NCBI GenBank assembly: GCA_002269645.1
Contig: NIVC01000570.1
Span: 124,001 to 188,000, forward strand
Origin: Macrostomum lignano
Taxonomy: Eukaryota
Direction of reading: 5' to 3'
DNA: 64,000 nt
Part shown: positions 43,301 to 56,300 of the stretch, piece after piece
Layout: every line of letters begins with the position of its first letter
How positions within the stretch are numbered: position 1 is the first letter of the stretch
The notes under the pieces: generated by a model
The model's input: only the letters and a program-made list of their open reading frames with translations
Databases searched by the model: none
Told to the model about the DNA's origin: nothing
Made by a program: the position numbers and the translations under genes

Positions 43301-46300
43301 GTGAGTGGGTGACTGACTGACTGACTGACTGACTGACTGACTGACTGACTGACTGACTGACTGACTGACTGACTGACTGACTGACTGACTGACTGACTGA
43401 CTGACTGACTGACTGACTGACTGACTGACTGACTGACTGACTGACTGACTGACTGACTGACTGACTGACTGACTGACTGACTGACTGACTGACTGACTGA
43501 CTGACTGACTGACTGACTGACTGAATGACTGACTGACTGGCTGACTGACTGACTGACTGACTGACTGACTGACTGACTGACTGACTGACTGACTGACTGA
43601 CTGAATGACTGACTGACTGACTGACTGACTGACTGACTGACTGACTGACTGACTGACTGACTGACTGACTGACTGACTGACGAGAGGCCTCAGGTTGATG
43701 CTGTCCCAGCTGTACTAATCGTGTTTAGGTTCAGTTGAGTAATGCAGAACCCGTGCTATATTTAAATTACTCGTAAATATGGTTAAAGTCTTGAGAAAAG
43801 ACAAAGAGGACTGGGGGCTGATTGCTAATCCTCTTAGGATTAAAAAACCGGACTCCTTCTCAAGGTTCAGCATTAGCAGCTACTTGCGAGAAAGACAAAC
43901 ACTTGAAATAGAAAGTCCAAAGACACCAGATGCTCGTAAAGGCTTCAAAACACCAAACGGAGTTCCGAAGTACCAAACAGAGTCCGAAAACACCGAATAG
44001 TCATTAAACACCGAATAGTGTCCCTAAACACCGAATAGAGTCTCAAAACACCGAATAGAGTCCCAAAACACCAAACAGAGCCCCAAAACACCGAATAGCG
44101 TCCCAAAACACCGAATAGCGTCCCAAAACACCAAACAGAGTCCTAAAACACCGAATAGCGTCCCAAAACACCGAATAGCGTCCCAAAACACCAAACAGAG
44201 TCCCAAAACACCAAACAGAGTCCCGAAACACCAAACAGAGTCCCGAAACATCAAACAGAGACCCAAAACACCAAACAGAGTCCCAAAGCACCGAATAGAG
44301 TCCCAAAACACCGAATAGAGTCCCAAAACACCGAATAGTGTCCCTAAACACCTAATAGAGTCCCAAAACACCAAACAGAGTCCCAAAACACCAAACAGAG
44401 TCCCAAAACACCAAACAGAGTCCCGAAACACCGAATAGAGTCCCAAAACACCAAACAGAGTCCCAAAACACCAAACAGAGTCCCGAAACACCGAATAGAG
44501 TCCCAAAACACCAAACAGAGTCCCAAAACACCAAACAGAGTCCCGAAACACCAATCAGAGTCCCGAAACACCAATCAGAGTCCCGAAACACCAAATAGAG
44601 CCATTCCGAACTCCACCATTCCTTCTGCCTTCTCAATCACTTAATCCGCCATCAAGGCAGGCTGGATGTCTGTCACCAAAGAGCCGCGCAGACAGCGACA
44701 GCGGCCGCAGACCGGCAGGCCACTGATAGACAATTCATGAGAAGCTCTACCCGGATCCGCCTGGCGCCCCAACGGTTTCTGGGCAGGAAAAACTCACAGA
44801 ATGAAGAAACTCCAAACCGCATTGGCACGCTAAATGGAGCCAAATAATTCTTCCTTCACTTTCTTTCCCTCTGATCCGGCTGGGTCGCGACGCCAGACCG
44901 TCTGACCCGAGGAAATTTCCGCTTCTAGCAGGGGAAACAGGCTTTGTTCCCAGCGCCACCCCGCCAGCACAATCTGATCTGCTGCTAATTGTGGAGTTCA
45001 GGTGCTTTGTTGCCACGCTAGATTTGCCGAATAGAAAAACAAAGAGCCATTAAGATGGCCTAGCGAGGCATTGTGGCCTGTTGAATCACTTCGCGACCAA
45101 TTCGGAAATGCTGGATTACCCAGGCCAATTCCCCGACATCCGGAGCTCCAAATCTTTTATTGCGTTTTTCTGAAGCATACTACTCATAGCAGCAAGCTTA
45201 AAAAAGTAAAAATATCACTCACTCCAATCTCACCCAGTCCAATCTCACCCAATCCAATCTCACCCACTCCAATCTCACCCAGTCCAATCTCACCCAGTCC
45301 AATCTCACCCAGTCCAATCTCACCCAGTCCAATCTCACCCAGTCCAATCTCACCCAGTCCAATCTCACCCAGTCCAATCTCACCCAGTCCAATCTCACCC
45401 AGTCCAATCTCACCCAGTCCAATCTCACCCAGTCCAATCTCACCCAGTCCAATCTCACTCACTCCAATCTCCCGCCAGCCACCATGCCGATCGCGGGCCG
45501 AGTGCTGGACCGCTACCCCGTCTCCGGAGAGGACGCGGCGCTGCTTCGGTCGCGACACCCGCAGCTGTGGTCGGCTTACCGGGACCTGCTGAGCCGGCCG
45601 GCCCCCCTGGCCGCCTGCCCGTCCCGGCCGCAGAGCCACACCGGCTTCGCTCCGATCGGCGAGGCGCCGTTGAGCTCCGCCGTTTTGTCGGCAGCCGCCG
45701 CGTCCAGGCGTCGGCCTGCGCCGCCCGCATCGACTTCGTCTGCGGCGACTGTCGCGGCGCCGCCGATTCCGGCCGCTGTCGCCGCCGATCTGCGAGTGCC
45801 GCCCAAGAAGCGCCGGCCGGTCAGCAGCATCGACTTCGCGGCGCCGCCGTCCCGGCTGACAGCTTTTCGTGAGTTTTTATTATATTCTTCTAAATATTTG
45901 ACAATCGCACTACTCTACTGAGTTGAGTAGCAACTAAGAAAATAAAAGCTGTCCGGCCTCAACTGCCCCCACTGACATTTGAGATTACTGTTTAACTGCT
46001 AAAGGGAAGCCATCCAGGGGGAGGTCAAGGAGGTCAGCTGCCCCCCTCCTGGCAGAAAATTTTCGAGAATTTTGTACACGCAGTTCTGCTTCCTCTCCTC
46101 AGAGCCCATCAGCCGTCCGATCAGTAACTGGCTGACGGTCCAGCAGCCGCCGCCGCCGCCGCTGCCGCCGCCTCCGCCGCCGCAGCAGCCGGACAGCGAC
46201 AGTTTAAGCATGGCCGAAGAGGAGGAAGTGGCCGCCATCACCCAGCCGTCCAGCTTCTATCACTCGCCGTTGTCGCAGCCGTCGTCAGGCGAAGACTCGG

Positions 46301-47143
46301 CTTCAACATCTGCCGCAGCCGTAGCCGCCGCCGCCGCGGCCGCAGCCGCCGCAGGTGCTGCCGGCTCCTCTGGCGGCGGCTTTGGCGGTCCGCTGCAGCA
46401 GCTGGCGATGGCGGCTCTGCACTCGCTGAGAAGCTCGCCCTACTGCCACAGTGTGAGTTGCTATGAGTTGCGTACCAGAATGACGGATGGAACCGTGCCA
46501 ATCTTTTGCATGCAACACAGGAAGTGCATAGGACACAGTGTAAACTGTACATAGGACACAGTATAAAGTGTACATAGGACACAGTATAAACTGTACATAG
46601 GACACAGTGTAAACTGTACATAGGACACAGTATAATCTGTGCATAGGACACAGGGTAAACTGTACATAGGACACAGGGTAAACTGTACACAAAGCACACA
46701 ACCAACTCGAACCACCCACAACCGGACAGCCAATCGCTCCCGAGCTCTTTGCTCCGATTCCGTTCTGCTCGGCCGCCAGCTCAGCCGCCAGCGCCGCCTC
46801 AGGCGGAGCCAACTCCGTCGCTCCGCTGGCCCGTCCGCGGCCCCTGGCGCCGTCCAGCCTGAGCAGCAGTCCGCTGCCCGGATTCACTGCCGACCATTCA
46901 GTGCAGCAGCCTGGAGGCGGCATCAACGACGGCCTGTTCCGACCCATCCTGCCTGCCTCGGCCACCGACGCGCCGCCGAGCGCGCTGCGCATGATTCTGG
47001 AGATGCAGCAGCAGCAGCAGCAGCAGCAGCTGACCACCGCCGCCGACCCCGCCGCGGTCAAGGATCAGCTGGAACGCTTTCAACGGCTTCTGCAAGTCGC
47101 CACCGGCGGTCCCATGGCCTCGTCGGCTTCGGCTCTGCTTTGA
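40312..47143 (+). CDS. NFI-like: Divergent Nuclear Factor I (CTF/NFI)-like transcription factor, 5 exons, ~642 aa
   Basis: Exons 40312-40623, 40945-41407, 45479-45868, 46103-46452 and 46730-47143 (GT-AG, phases 0/1/1/0, 1929 nt). DNA-binding domain [44 protein letters not shown]...[12 protein letters not shown] matches NFI [28 protein letters not shown]...GIPLESTD...QC...LCVQPHH. Pro/Ala/Gln-rich C-terminus. Confidence 0.88.
40705..40912. repeat. 43-bp tandem repeat, ~5 copies, in NFI intron 1
   Basis: GCGGGAGACTGGGCGGGTGCATCAGGGACACTGAGGGGAGGTA repeated. Confidence 0.9.
41860..42058. repeat. GTAGA/GAGAG purine-rich repeat
   Basis: Degenerate AGTAGAGTAGAGAGGG units. Confidence 0.85.
43110..43680. 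repeat. (GACT)n microsatellite, ~570 bp
   Basis: Direct repetition. Confidence 0.98.
43950..44600. repeat. 20-bp minisatellite (CCCAAAACACCAAACAGAGT)
   Basis: Direct repetition. Confidence 0.95.
45220..45470. repeat. 15-bp minisatellite (TCCAATCTCACCCAG) abutting the NFI exon 3 acceptor
   Basis: Direct repetition. Confidence 0.95.
46520..46690. repeat. 23-bp tandem repeat (AAACTGTACATAGGACACAGTGT) in NFI intron 4
   Basis: Direct repetition. Confidence 0.92.
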
Positions 47144-49039
47144 TTGCGTTGTTGCTTCTTTTTTGAGGATTTTTCTAGTCAATATTCGCGTCGCCTATTG
47201 ACAGTAGCGATATAGACTTTTTTGCAAAACCATTAATAATATTTTTGAGTCCGGCATAGTTTTCTTTTGATGAAGTACACTTTCCCTCTTTCCCGAGCAG
47301 CGCCCAAGATCACAGATGCTACAATAACTTTGATGGGACACGTGGTAAAGCGGTTGCTCTACTTGCAGTTTTGTAGAAAGGAAGAATGTGTAAGCTATTT
47401 TATGCAAAGAAAGCTAGTTGGAGCGACTTGCAAGCGTAAACAACTTGCTATTGGTGCAGCCGTTAATGTACATTGGCCCCAGCGCCAGCGTACATCATGG
47501 CAGCTTTAGGCTGGAGCAACTCCGACCAAGGCAATAAAAATGGGCGGCCTCCGGGGGGTAGTGAAAGTTAAGTGGGTAATTAGAGAGCCAATAAACGATT
47601 CTTGTCATAAAAGATAAAAATGTTTCTTAATTCAACTGCCTACTGAAACTGCCTACTGAATTGTAAGTAGCTTACACGCAAATGTGCAAAATGGGCCCAT
47701 CTATAGTTATTACAAGTATCTGTGCCGAAGACTGTACAAAACTGATCTGTATGTCTCTGGGCCAGTCCCATTTTTATCTATTTTCTATTTATTCAAGAAG
47801 CTTCAGCCATACTCACTCTTTCATGACGCCTCCTGTTTGTGGCTTTGTTTCTTTATAGTCCAGCGCTGTCTTCTCAGGTGCTTAATTGTGAAAAAATTGT
47901 GGTCTCCGTGTAAATTGCGACTCGGCTCATGCAAGCCAGTTTTCCTAGCCTATATATTTTTTTAGCCCTTAAAAGTGTTTTTTCTATACATATCGGTGGC
48001 CGCATGTTTCTATAACTATCATTGTTCATAATCGCCAATAAGTCTTAATTTCTCATAAGCAACGATCTAGGCAAAAATGTTTATATTTGTTGTCGTTTGT
48101 GTGACATATTGAGACATTTGCCTGCCTCGCATGTAAGCGATATTGTACGCAGCTTTTTTAAACGCTTTTCGATATAATGGACCTGACCTGAGATTTTTTT
48201 GTAGCCACAGGCTTTGATGTTTGCCTGTTTTTGTTTGCATGCTTTTTTGCTCTATTAGTCTCTGCTTTTTGTACCCAAGCTTTTAATCCGCTTTTTTGCA
48301 TCCAGTCCATCCCTCATTGATGTAGAGGCCAGATTAGCAATCCATTCTACTCCATCATTGATGTAGAGGCAAGATTAGCAGTCCATTCTACTCCATCCTT
48401 GATGTAGACTAGCAATCCTACTTTTGCACCAACACTTTGCACAGCACTTTTCATCTTTAATACTCACTTGTTAATTTATCTGCTGTTAAAATGCTTAATT
48501 CTACTTGCCATCTGCATATAAAAGTACACAATGTCCTACTATACGCCAGTCCATCAGGAGCCATCACTCTACTTTATAGCTCGCCATTAAGAAAAAAGCA
48601 GCAGTTATGAAGCAGCTGCCAGCGCACATTACTCAACCGTCTCCTTTCTTAACCGGGTTTCCATTTCGCGTGGCATGTTTTATGGTCGGCTGTCTAATTT
48701 AAACAAAAACTTTTTGGAGGCTTTTTTGGTGTCTTATTTCGCTCAAAGCAATCAATCATTTTTCATGCCATACGAGATGTACTCGCGAAATAATTCAAGA
48801 TGCATCAAATATCCCTTGAGCTCTGCTTGCTGGGGATTCCGCTGAACTGACTGAGCTGAGGCGAGGGAGTTATGGACCGGTGAGCAGTGCCAAGGACGCC
48901 TACAAGCACAACATGGGTTGGGAACCCTTGCTCAAGCCAACCCAAATGCAGAAGACAACTCAAGAAAGGCCGACTGAATTATTTGAGTACTGAAGTTTCG
49001 AATCTTCATTTGCTAAAACTTGCAAAAAAATTTGTCTAG

Positions 49040-49270
49040 TCTTCGGCGCTTAATTGGCGCTAAATCTTATTCGGCGCTAAAATCTCTCATTCGGCGCTAA
49101 AATCTCTACTTCGGCGCTTCATTGGCGCTAAAGCCTAGCCCCCGGCGCTAAATTGGCGCTAAAATCTAGCTTTCGGCGCTAAATCGGCGCAAAAATCCCA
49201 TTCGGCGCTTAAATCTCTACTTCGGCGCTAAATTAGCGCTAAATCTTGCCTTGGCCGCTAAATTGACGCC
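49040..49270. repeat. Degenerate array of GGCGCTAAA motifs
   Basis: Many copies of (TTC/TT)GGCGCTAAA with short variable linkers. Confidence 0.8.
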
Positions 49271-49749
49271 AACAACTCTGGAAATGGTGAGTCTAAGGAA
49301 AAGTTTTTACTCCATATTCGGCTTCGTGGTCTCCTTGGTAGTGGAAGGCAGTTCAGCTCAATATTTGCCAAGCAGTTTTCAAGCCCCGCCTCACTGACTC
49401 CAAACGGCGTTGCGGGTGCTCAACGGACCGGCTCTGACCCGCTGTTCTCTGCTCCCCCTCCCTCCGCTATAAACTGCCGCCTACTCTTATCAAATACTGA
49501 ATTCAGTCAGTCAGGTGTGAGCGCCACACCTCCCTATAAAGCATTTCTATTCAGTAGTTTTTACAATCGGCATTTGTATTTGCTTAGCCAATTCTCATGC
49601 TCACAGGGCCTCCCCTACGCGTTAGAGAGGCCACTCATAGGGGAGCTTGGCGAATGCGTTTGGGAAAACAATGTTTTTATTGCGTTACGTAATCGGGGGG
49701 CAAAATATTTATTTGAGTTAGTATCGATCTGGGGAGCGACTGCCTGAGA

Positions 49750-49950
49750 GGGAGACAGAAGAGAGGGAGACAGAGGAGGGGGAGACAGAGGAGAGGGAGA
49801 CAGAGGAGGAGGAGAAGGAGGAGTGGGAGACAGAAGAGAGGGAGACAGAGGAGGGGGAGACAGAGGAGAGGGAGACAGAGGAGGGGGGAGACAGAGGAGA
49901 GGAGACACAGAGGAGGGGGAGACAGAGGAGGGAGAGAAGCAGAGGGGCAG
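49750..49950. repeat. GA-rich repeat (GGAGACAGAGGAG)
   Basis: Degenerate tandem purine-rich units. Confidence 0.85.
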
Positions 49951-50356
49951 ACAGGGGGAGACAAAGAACGAGCTTGAAGGAGATGACGAGAAAAGGCAGG
50001 GGTCAGGCAAGGATAAGATGGGGATTGAGAGATTGAGAGAAAACTGGAAAGCAAACCCAGCCAAAGAAATCGCAATAGAAAAATCATCGCAAAGGCAAGA
50101 CTAGAGTGTCTCGGTAATCCATTGCTTCGCAGCAAGCAAACAATTGCCGTGTTAAGTCCTTCCATTTCTAAATCTCATTGGTTGGAATTTTTCCTGGCAA
50201 GGCCTCCAATAGCCAACGAACACTGCCTTTCCTCGTCTTCCCCAATCGCTTTTAACGTGTGTGAGTCAGAACTCAGCTAGAACCGGTCTGGACATTGTTA
50301 GGAACCAAACTGTTAAAAAATTAAGAATTGAAAAGCCGTCATCGCTATGTCCGGCC

Positions 50357-53300
50357 ATGGCTCGCTTATCGTCCGATTCTAACTGCAGCTTCGGCAGCGG
50401 GGGCGGTGGCATCTTCAAAGAGCTGTCAGCGACCTGCTTGATAGCGGCTGTAGCGTTGCTGCTGGGCGCCTGGCGCTGCCTCGCCGCGCCTCGGCAATTG
50501 CCGTTGAATTATCAGCGCAATGTGGAGATTGTGATCGACGCCGAGAGTTGGCGGTTTTATCAGGGTGAGCGGTGCGGTTCAATGGCTGATTGTGTACTGT
50601 AGTTTTGGGGCGCGAAAGAGTGAACGGGTGAGCGTGAACAGAGTAAACAGGTGAGCGTGAACAGAGTGAACAGGTGAGCGTGAACAGAGTGAACAGGTGA
50701 GGGTGAACAGAGTGAACAGGTGAGCGTAAACAGAGTGAACAGGTGAGGGTGAACAGAGTGAACAGGTGGACGTGAACAGAGTAAACAGGTGAGGGTGAAC
50801 AGAGGGAACAGGTGAGCGTGAACAGGTGAGAGTGAACAGAATGAACAGGTGAGCGTAAACAGAACGAGCAGGTGAGCGGTGAACAGAGTGAACAGGTGAG
50901 GGTGATCTCATGACATCCCCAAGCATCTCATGGCATTCCCACGCATCTCATGACATCCCCAAGCATCTCACAGCACCCTCATACCGAGCCAGGTTCTGAG
51001 AAGCCTCTTATTTATTAATCATCAATGCCGCCAGAAGAAAAAAGGGAGGTGGTTCCATCGGCATTTGGCGACTTTTTTGTCCCCATTTCCTATTTTCCCA
51101 AGTCTCCCTGAGTCCGATAGAACGCACGCAAACTTCTCTCTGCTGGATAAATTGAACTCCAGTTATCAAGTGGCCTCAGGCCCGCCTGAGGGTTGGGAAA
51201 ATATTCTGGGAGGGTAGGGGCTGCAAGTTTGTTTAATCCGCAGCCAGGTTTCACGGTGTTTAACAGCTGCCGATTGGTTTGCAGGTTAACTTGGAGTTGA
51301 TTGGAATGGAAGGGAATCAAGCAGGTGTTTTGGGAGTGAAAAAAGAAAAGGGGGAGTGATCGCGTGGGAGTGTTAGGGATTGGCGTGGGTGTTAGGGATT
51401 GGCGTGGGTGTTAGGGATTAGCGTGGGAGTATTAGGGATTAGCGTGAGAGTGTTAGGGATTGGCGTGGGAGTGTTAGGGATTAGCGTGAGTGTTAGGGAT
51501 TAGCGTGAGTGTTAGGGATTAGCGTGGGAGTGTTAGGGATTAGCGTGGGAGTGTTAGGGATTAGCGTGGGAGTATTAGTGATTAGCGTGAGAGTGTTAGG
51601 GATTAGCGTGAGAGTGTTAGGGATTAGCGTGAGAGTGTTAGGGATTAGCGTGAGAGTGTTAGGGATTAGCGTGAGAGTGTTAGGGATTAGCGTGAGAGTG
51701 TTAGGGATTAGCGTGGGAGTGTTAGATATTTGCGTGGGAGTGTTAGAGATTAGCATGGGAGTGTTAGGGATTAGCGTGGGAGTGTTAGGGATTAGCGAGT
51801 GAGAGGTAGGGATTAGCAAGTGAGAGGTAGGGATTAGCGAGTGAGAGGTAGGGATTAGCAAGTGAGAGGCAGGGATTAGCGAGTGAGAAGGAGAGATTAG
51901 CGAGGGAGAGGTAGGGATTAGCGAGTGAGAAGGAGAGATTAGCGAGGGAGAGGTAGGGATTAGCGAGTGAGAAGGAGAGATTAGCGAGGGAGAGGTAGGG
52001 ATTAGCGAGTGAGAAGGAGAGATTAGCGAGGGAGAGGTAGGGATTAGCGAGTGAGAAGGAGAGATTAGCGAGGGAGAGGTAGGTATTAGGAGGAAGTCCT
52101 GCAGAGGGTCAGGCAGACGGAGACAGGCAGACAGCTCAGACTGATTATCCAGATTGCGCAGGGAGCGGAATGACGCAGGCTGACAGACAGCTCAGTATAG
52201 AAGATAAGCCTGAGCAGCGCGACCTGCCCCAGACACTTCTACAAACCGCCGCTACTCAAGTGTGCGTGAAGACCCAGCCAACCGAACTTAATAAAATTAG
52301 AGAGCAGTTAAAAAATAAGCACTTCTGCTGGCCGCAGTTGGCATTGGAGATTCTTCCGCGGGGCCGGAGGCTGCTGGGAGAAAAGCGAAAAGTGCAACAT
52401 GGGAAAATGGAAAAGAAAAAAATATAAGAATGAAGGAATATGATTTCCTTCTACCGAGGGTGCCAGAAAAGTCTGGTTGGCTTCCCATGACCCGCTGGGT
52501 TTTCGGGGAGTTGGTGGCGTTCGATTTTCGAGTCCGATTACGAGCTGAAGGAGGCTGGAAGCCGAGCCGAGCTGCTGCTTCATCCCGCCGAATGAGAAGA
52601 GAATGGGAGAGCGGAAATCGTGACCGGTCATTGAGTTTTGGAGGCCGCCGTCGAACCCCGGCCATCTGGAGAGGCGGGCACCACCGCGCCAGTGTTATTT
52701 CTGCATCAAAGCTATGGGATAAAGGATTTATAAGTCTTTGGACGTTGTTAAAATAGAAGTGGGAAATGATGGGGCTACGGTGTCCTCGTTGCACTCTAAG
52801 GAGTGCGATTCTGCTCGTAGGTTGGAGAGGTAAAGAAGTAGAGGGAGAGGGAGAAGGAGAGGGAGAAGAGGGAGAGGGAGAGAGGGAGAGGGAGAAGGAA
52901 AGGGAGAAGGAGAGGGAGAGGAAGAAAAAAATAGGAAGACGGAGAAGAGGGAAGGGAGAGAAAAAAGAGGGAGAGGGAGAGAGGGAGAGGGAGAAGAGGG
53001 AGAGGGAGAGAGGGAGAGGGAGAGAGGGAGACAGAGAGAAAGAGGGAGAGGGAGAGAGGGAGAGGGAGAAAAGGGAGAGGGAGAAAAGGGAGAGGGAGAA
53101 AAGGGAGAGGGAGAAGAGAGAGAGGGAGAAGAGGGAGAGAGGGAGAGGGAGAGAGGGAAAGGAAGAGAGGGAGAGGTAAAAAAGGGAGACGGAGAAGAGG
53201 GAGAGGGAGGAGAGGGAGAGGGAGAAGAGGGAGAGGGAGAAGAGGGAGAGGGAGAGAGGGAGAGGGAGAAGGAAAGGGAGTGTAAGAGGGAAAGGGAGAG

Positions 53301-56300
53301 AGAGAGGGGGAGAAACGGAAGAGGGGCAGAGGAGATCAACTGAGAGCCTGCAAAGCCAGCTGCCAATGCTCTTTTTAGAAGCATTAAACTGGGCATAAAG
53401 TAAAGCGCCACTTTGATAGCTATATGGATAGCGGATGAGCGGTGAGGGACAGAGGACAATGAAGTTATGTTGCACAAACACGAGCGTACAGGCTGTCCGT
53501 GACCTTAAATGACCTTTGCAGATCTAATCAGCAGCCGACAGGGCAGCCGGACAGCCCTGGCCTGCTCGGACGACCCGGCCACCCTGAGCTGCCCGCCGGG
53601 CGCCCTGTTGAAGATTCTCGGCGCCGAGTTCGGGCAGTCTGGCGATCCCAGCAGCCTCTGCAACCGGTTTGGCGGCGGCGGGCGCCGCGGCGCCACCTGC
53701 GACTTGCCGGACGCTGCGCAGGTGTGAAATTCGATTTCCGACAGCTGGCTTGTCACTCGAACGATTCTGAGCAGTGCTTCACGCTCACCTGATTACTTTG
53801 TTCACGCTCACCTGTTCACTCTGTTCACGCTCACCTGTTCACTCTGTTCACGCTCACCTGTTCACTCTGTTCACGCTCACCTGTTCACTCTGTTCACGCT
53901 CACCTGTTCACTCTGTTCACGCTCACCTGTTCACTCTGTTCACGTCCACCTGTTCACTCTGTTCACGCTCACCTGTTCACTCTGTTCACGCTCACCTGTT
54001 CACTCTGTTCACGCTCACCTGTTCACTCTGTTCACGCTCACCTGCTCACTCTGTTCACACTCACCTGCTGACTCTGCTCACGCTCACCTGTTCACTCTGT
54101 TCACACTCATCTGTTCACTCTGTTCACACTCACCTGCTCACTCTGTTCACACTCACCTGCTCACTCTGTTCACGCTCACCTGTTCACGCTCACCTGTTCA
54201 CTCTGTTCACGCTCACCTGTTCACTCCGTTCACGCTCACCTGTTCACTCTGTTCACGCTCACCTGTTTACTCTGTTCACGCTCACCTGTTCACTATGTTC
54301 ACACTCACCTGTTCACTCTGTTCACACTCACACCTGTTCACTCTGTTCACACTCACACCTGTTCAATCTGTTAACCCTCACCAGTTCACTCTGCTGCTCC
54401 AGGCCAGCGCAAGTGGCACCCAGCCCAAAGCCCCCATTAGGCAGGGCACTCGACAAAATTCGATTAAGCCAAGAGACCAGCCCGGTCGCAAGGCACAGCA
54501 AAATTGCTTTGTAGAAACCACGTGTGAAGCCGTGGAGCTGAGTGGGGGTGGTGGGTCAGACTGCATCGATTTTCTCTCTGTTGTTTGAAAAAAAGAGCGA
54601 ATATTGAGCAAAAAAATTCCACTTCACGTGAGCTACCATCTGTTAGTGCAGATGGAGAGCTAAAAGAGTCAGTAGGTAATGGTTGCCGAGGAGATAAGAT
54701 CGAAGATGAACGGCTGTGCTAGAGATGGATAGTCCTGGCATTAGCACTAATTATCCCCACCAAGATTATCCCAAGGTGAGCCGGACATTGCAACTCACCT
54801 ACATGAATAATCCCCTACATGAATAATTCCCTACATGAATAATTCCCTACATGAATAATTCCCTACATGAATAATTCCCTACATGAATAATCCCCTACAG
54901 GAATAATCCCCTACAGGAATAATCCCCTACATGAATGATTCCCTACATGAATAACTCCCTACATGAATAATCCCCTACAGGAATAATCCCCTACATGAAT
55001 AATTCCCAATATGAAAAATCCTATACAGGAAAAAACCCCTACAGGAATAATCCCCTACAGGAATAATCCCCTACAGGAATAATCCCCTACAGGAATAATC
55101 CCCTACAGGAATAATCCCCTACAGGAATAATCCCTTACAGGAATAATCCCTTACAGGAATAATCCCTTACAGGAATAATCCCTTACAGGAATAATCCCCT
55201 ACAGGAATAATCCCCTACATGAAAAATCTCCTACATGAATAATCCCCTACAGGAATAATCCCCTACAGGAATAATCCCCTACAGGAATAATCCCCTACAG
55301 GAATAATCCCCTCCAGGAATAATCCCCTACAGGAATAATCCCCTACAGGAATAATCCCCTACAGGAATAATCCCCTACAGGAATAATCCTCTGCAGGAAT
55401 AATCCCCTACAGGAATAATCCTCTGCAGGAATAATCCCCTACAGGAATAATCCCCTACAGGAATAATCCCCTACAGGAATAATCTCTTACAGGAATAATC
55501 CCCTACAGGAATAATCCTCTGCAGGAATAATCCCTTACAGGAATAATCCCCTACAGGATTAATCCTCTGCAGGAATAATCCCCTATAAATGCCTTATCCT
55601 AATAACACCCGTAAATTCAGGCAATAACAGTACAGCATATATACGCATTTATCAACATTGCTGAATGTTTATGAGTGCAGATTGCAGCGCTGGCTCATAC
55701 ATGTACACTAAACTGTGTACATGCCGTACACGCACTGAGAGATCGAAGCAGTTTACAACTATTCAGCAGCTAAAGCATATATTATATGCACTGCACAGTA
55801 CTTACTTGACTCACTGCACAGTAAGAAAGCATAGCATAGGTAAGACCGAGGAGCTGAGTTGGTTAAGTGTCTCAGCAGCTGCTGCATTCCAGTCTGCTCG
55901 GTCACTCCTGAATTGCTGAACACGGAGTAACAACGCCTTAAAAAGTGTCTCAATGCATTTACAGCATTTTAGTACAGCCTGTAGTCTACTCTAACAGTCT
56001 AATCATTATTTTTAGCTGAATTTCACTAGCGCTACCCTGCACTGCTCTGCACTGCATTCGAGTGAAGGCCTTTTAGAAAAGTGAAGATACGGGGAGGGGA
56101 ATTAGTGAGCGGCTTTGGGGCAGGACCGGGGCATGTGTAGGTATGGCATGAATTGAGTCCCACTTATCTGGGGAATTGCTTGAGAACGAGAGAGCTAATG
56201 CTCATTTGGGGATCTAAGATTAGTTTGAGAGAGTCAGCAGGGGAGAGAGTCAGCAGGGGAGAGAGTCAGCAGGGGAGAGAGTCAGCAGGGGAGAGAGTCA

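Noticed and set aside
52297-54514. Long Leu/Ser/Pro- or Glu/Arg-rich ORFs
   Set aside because: Polypurine tract and 23-bp array translations, located inside lectin-gene introns.
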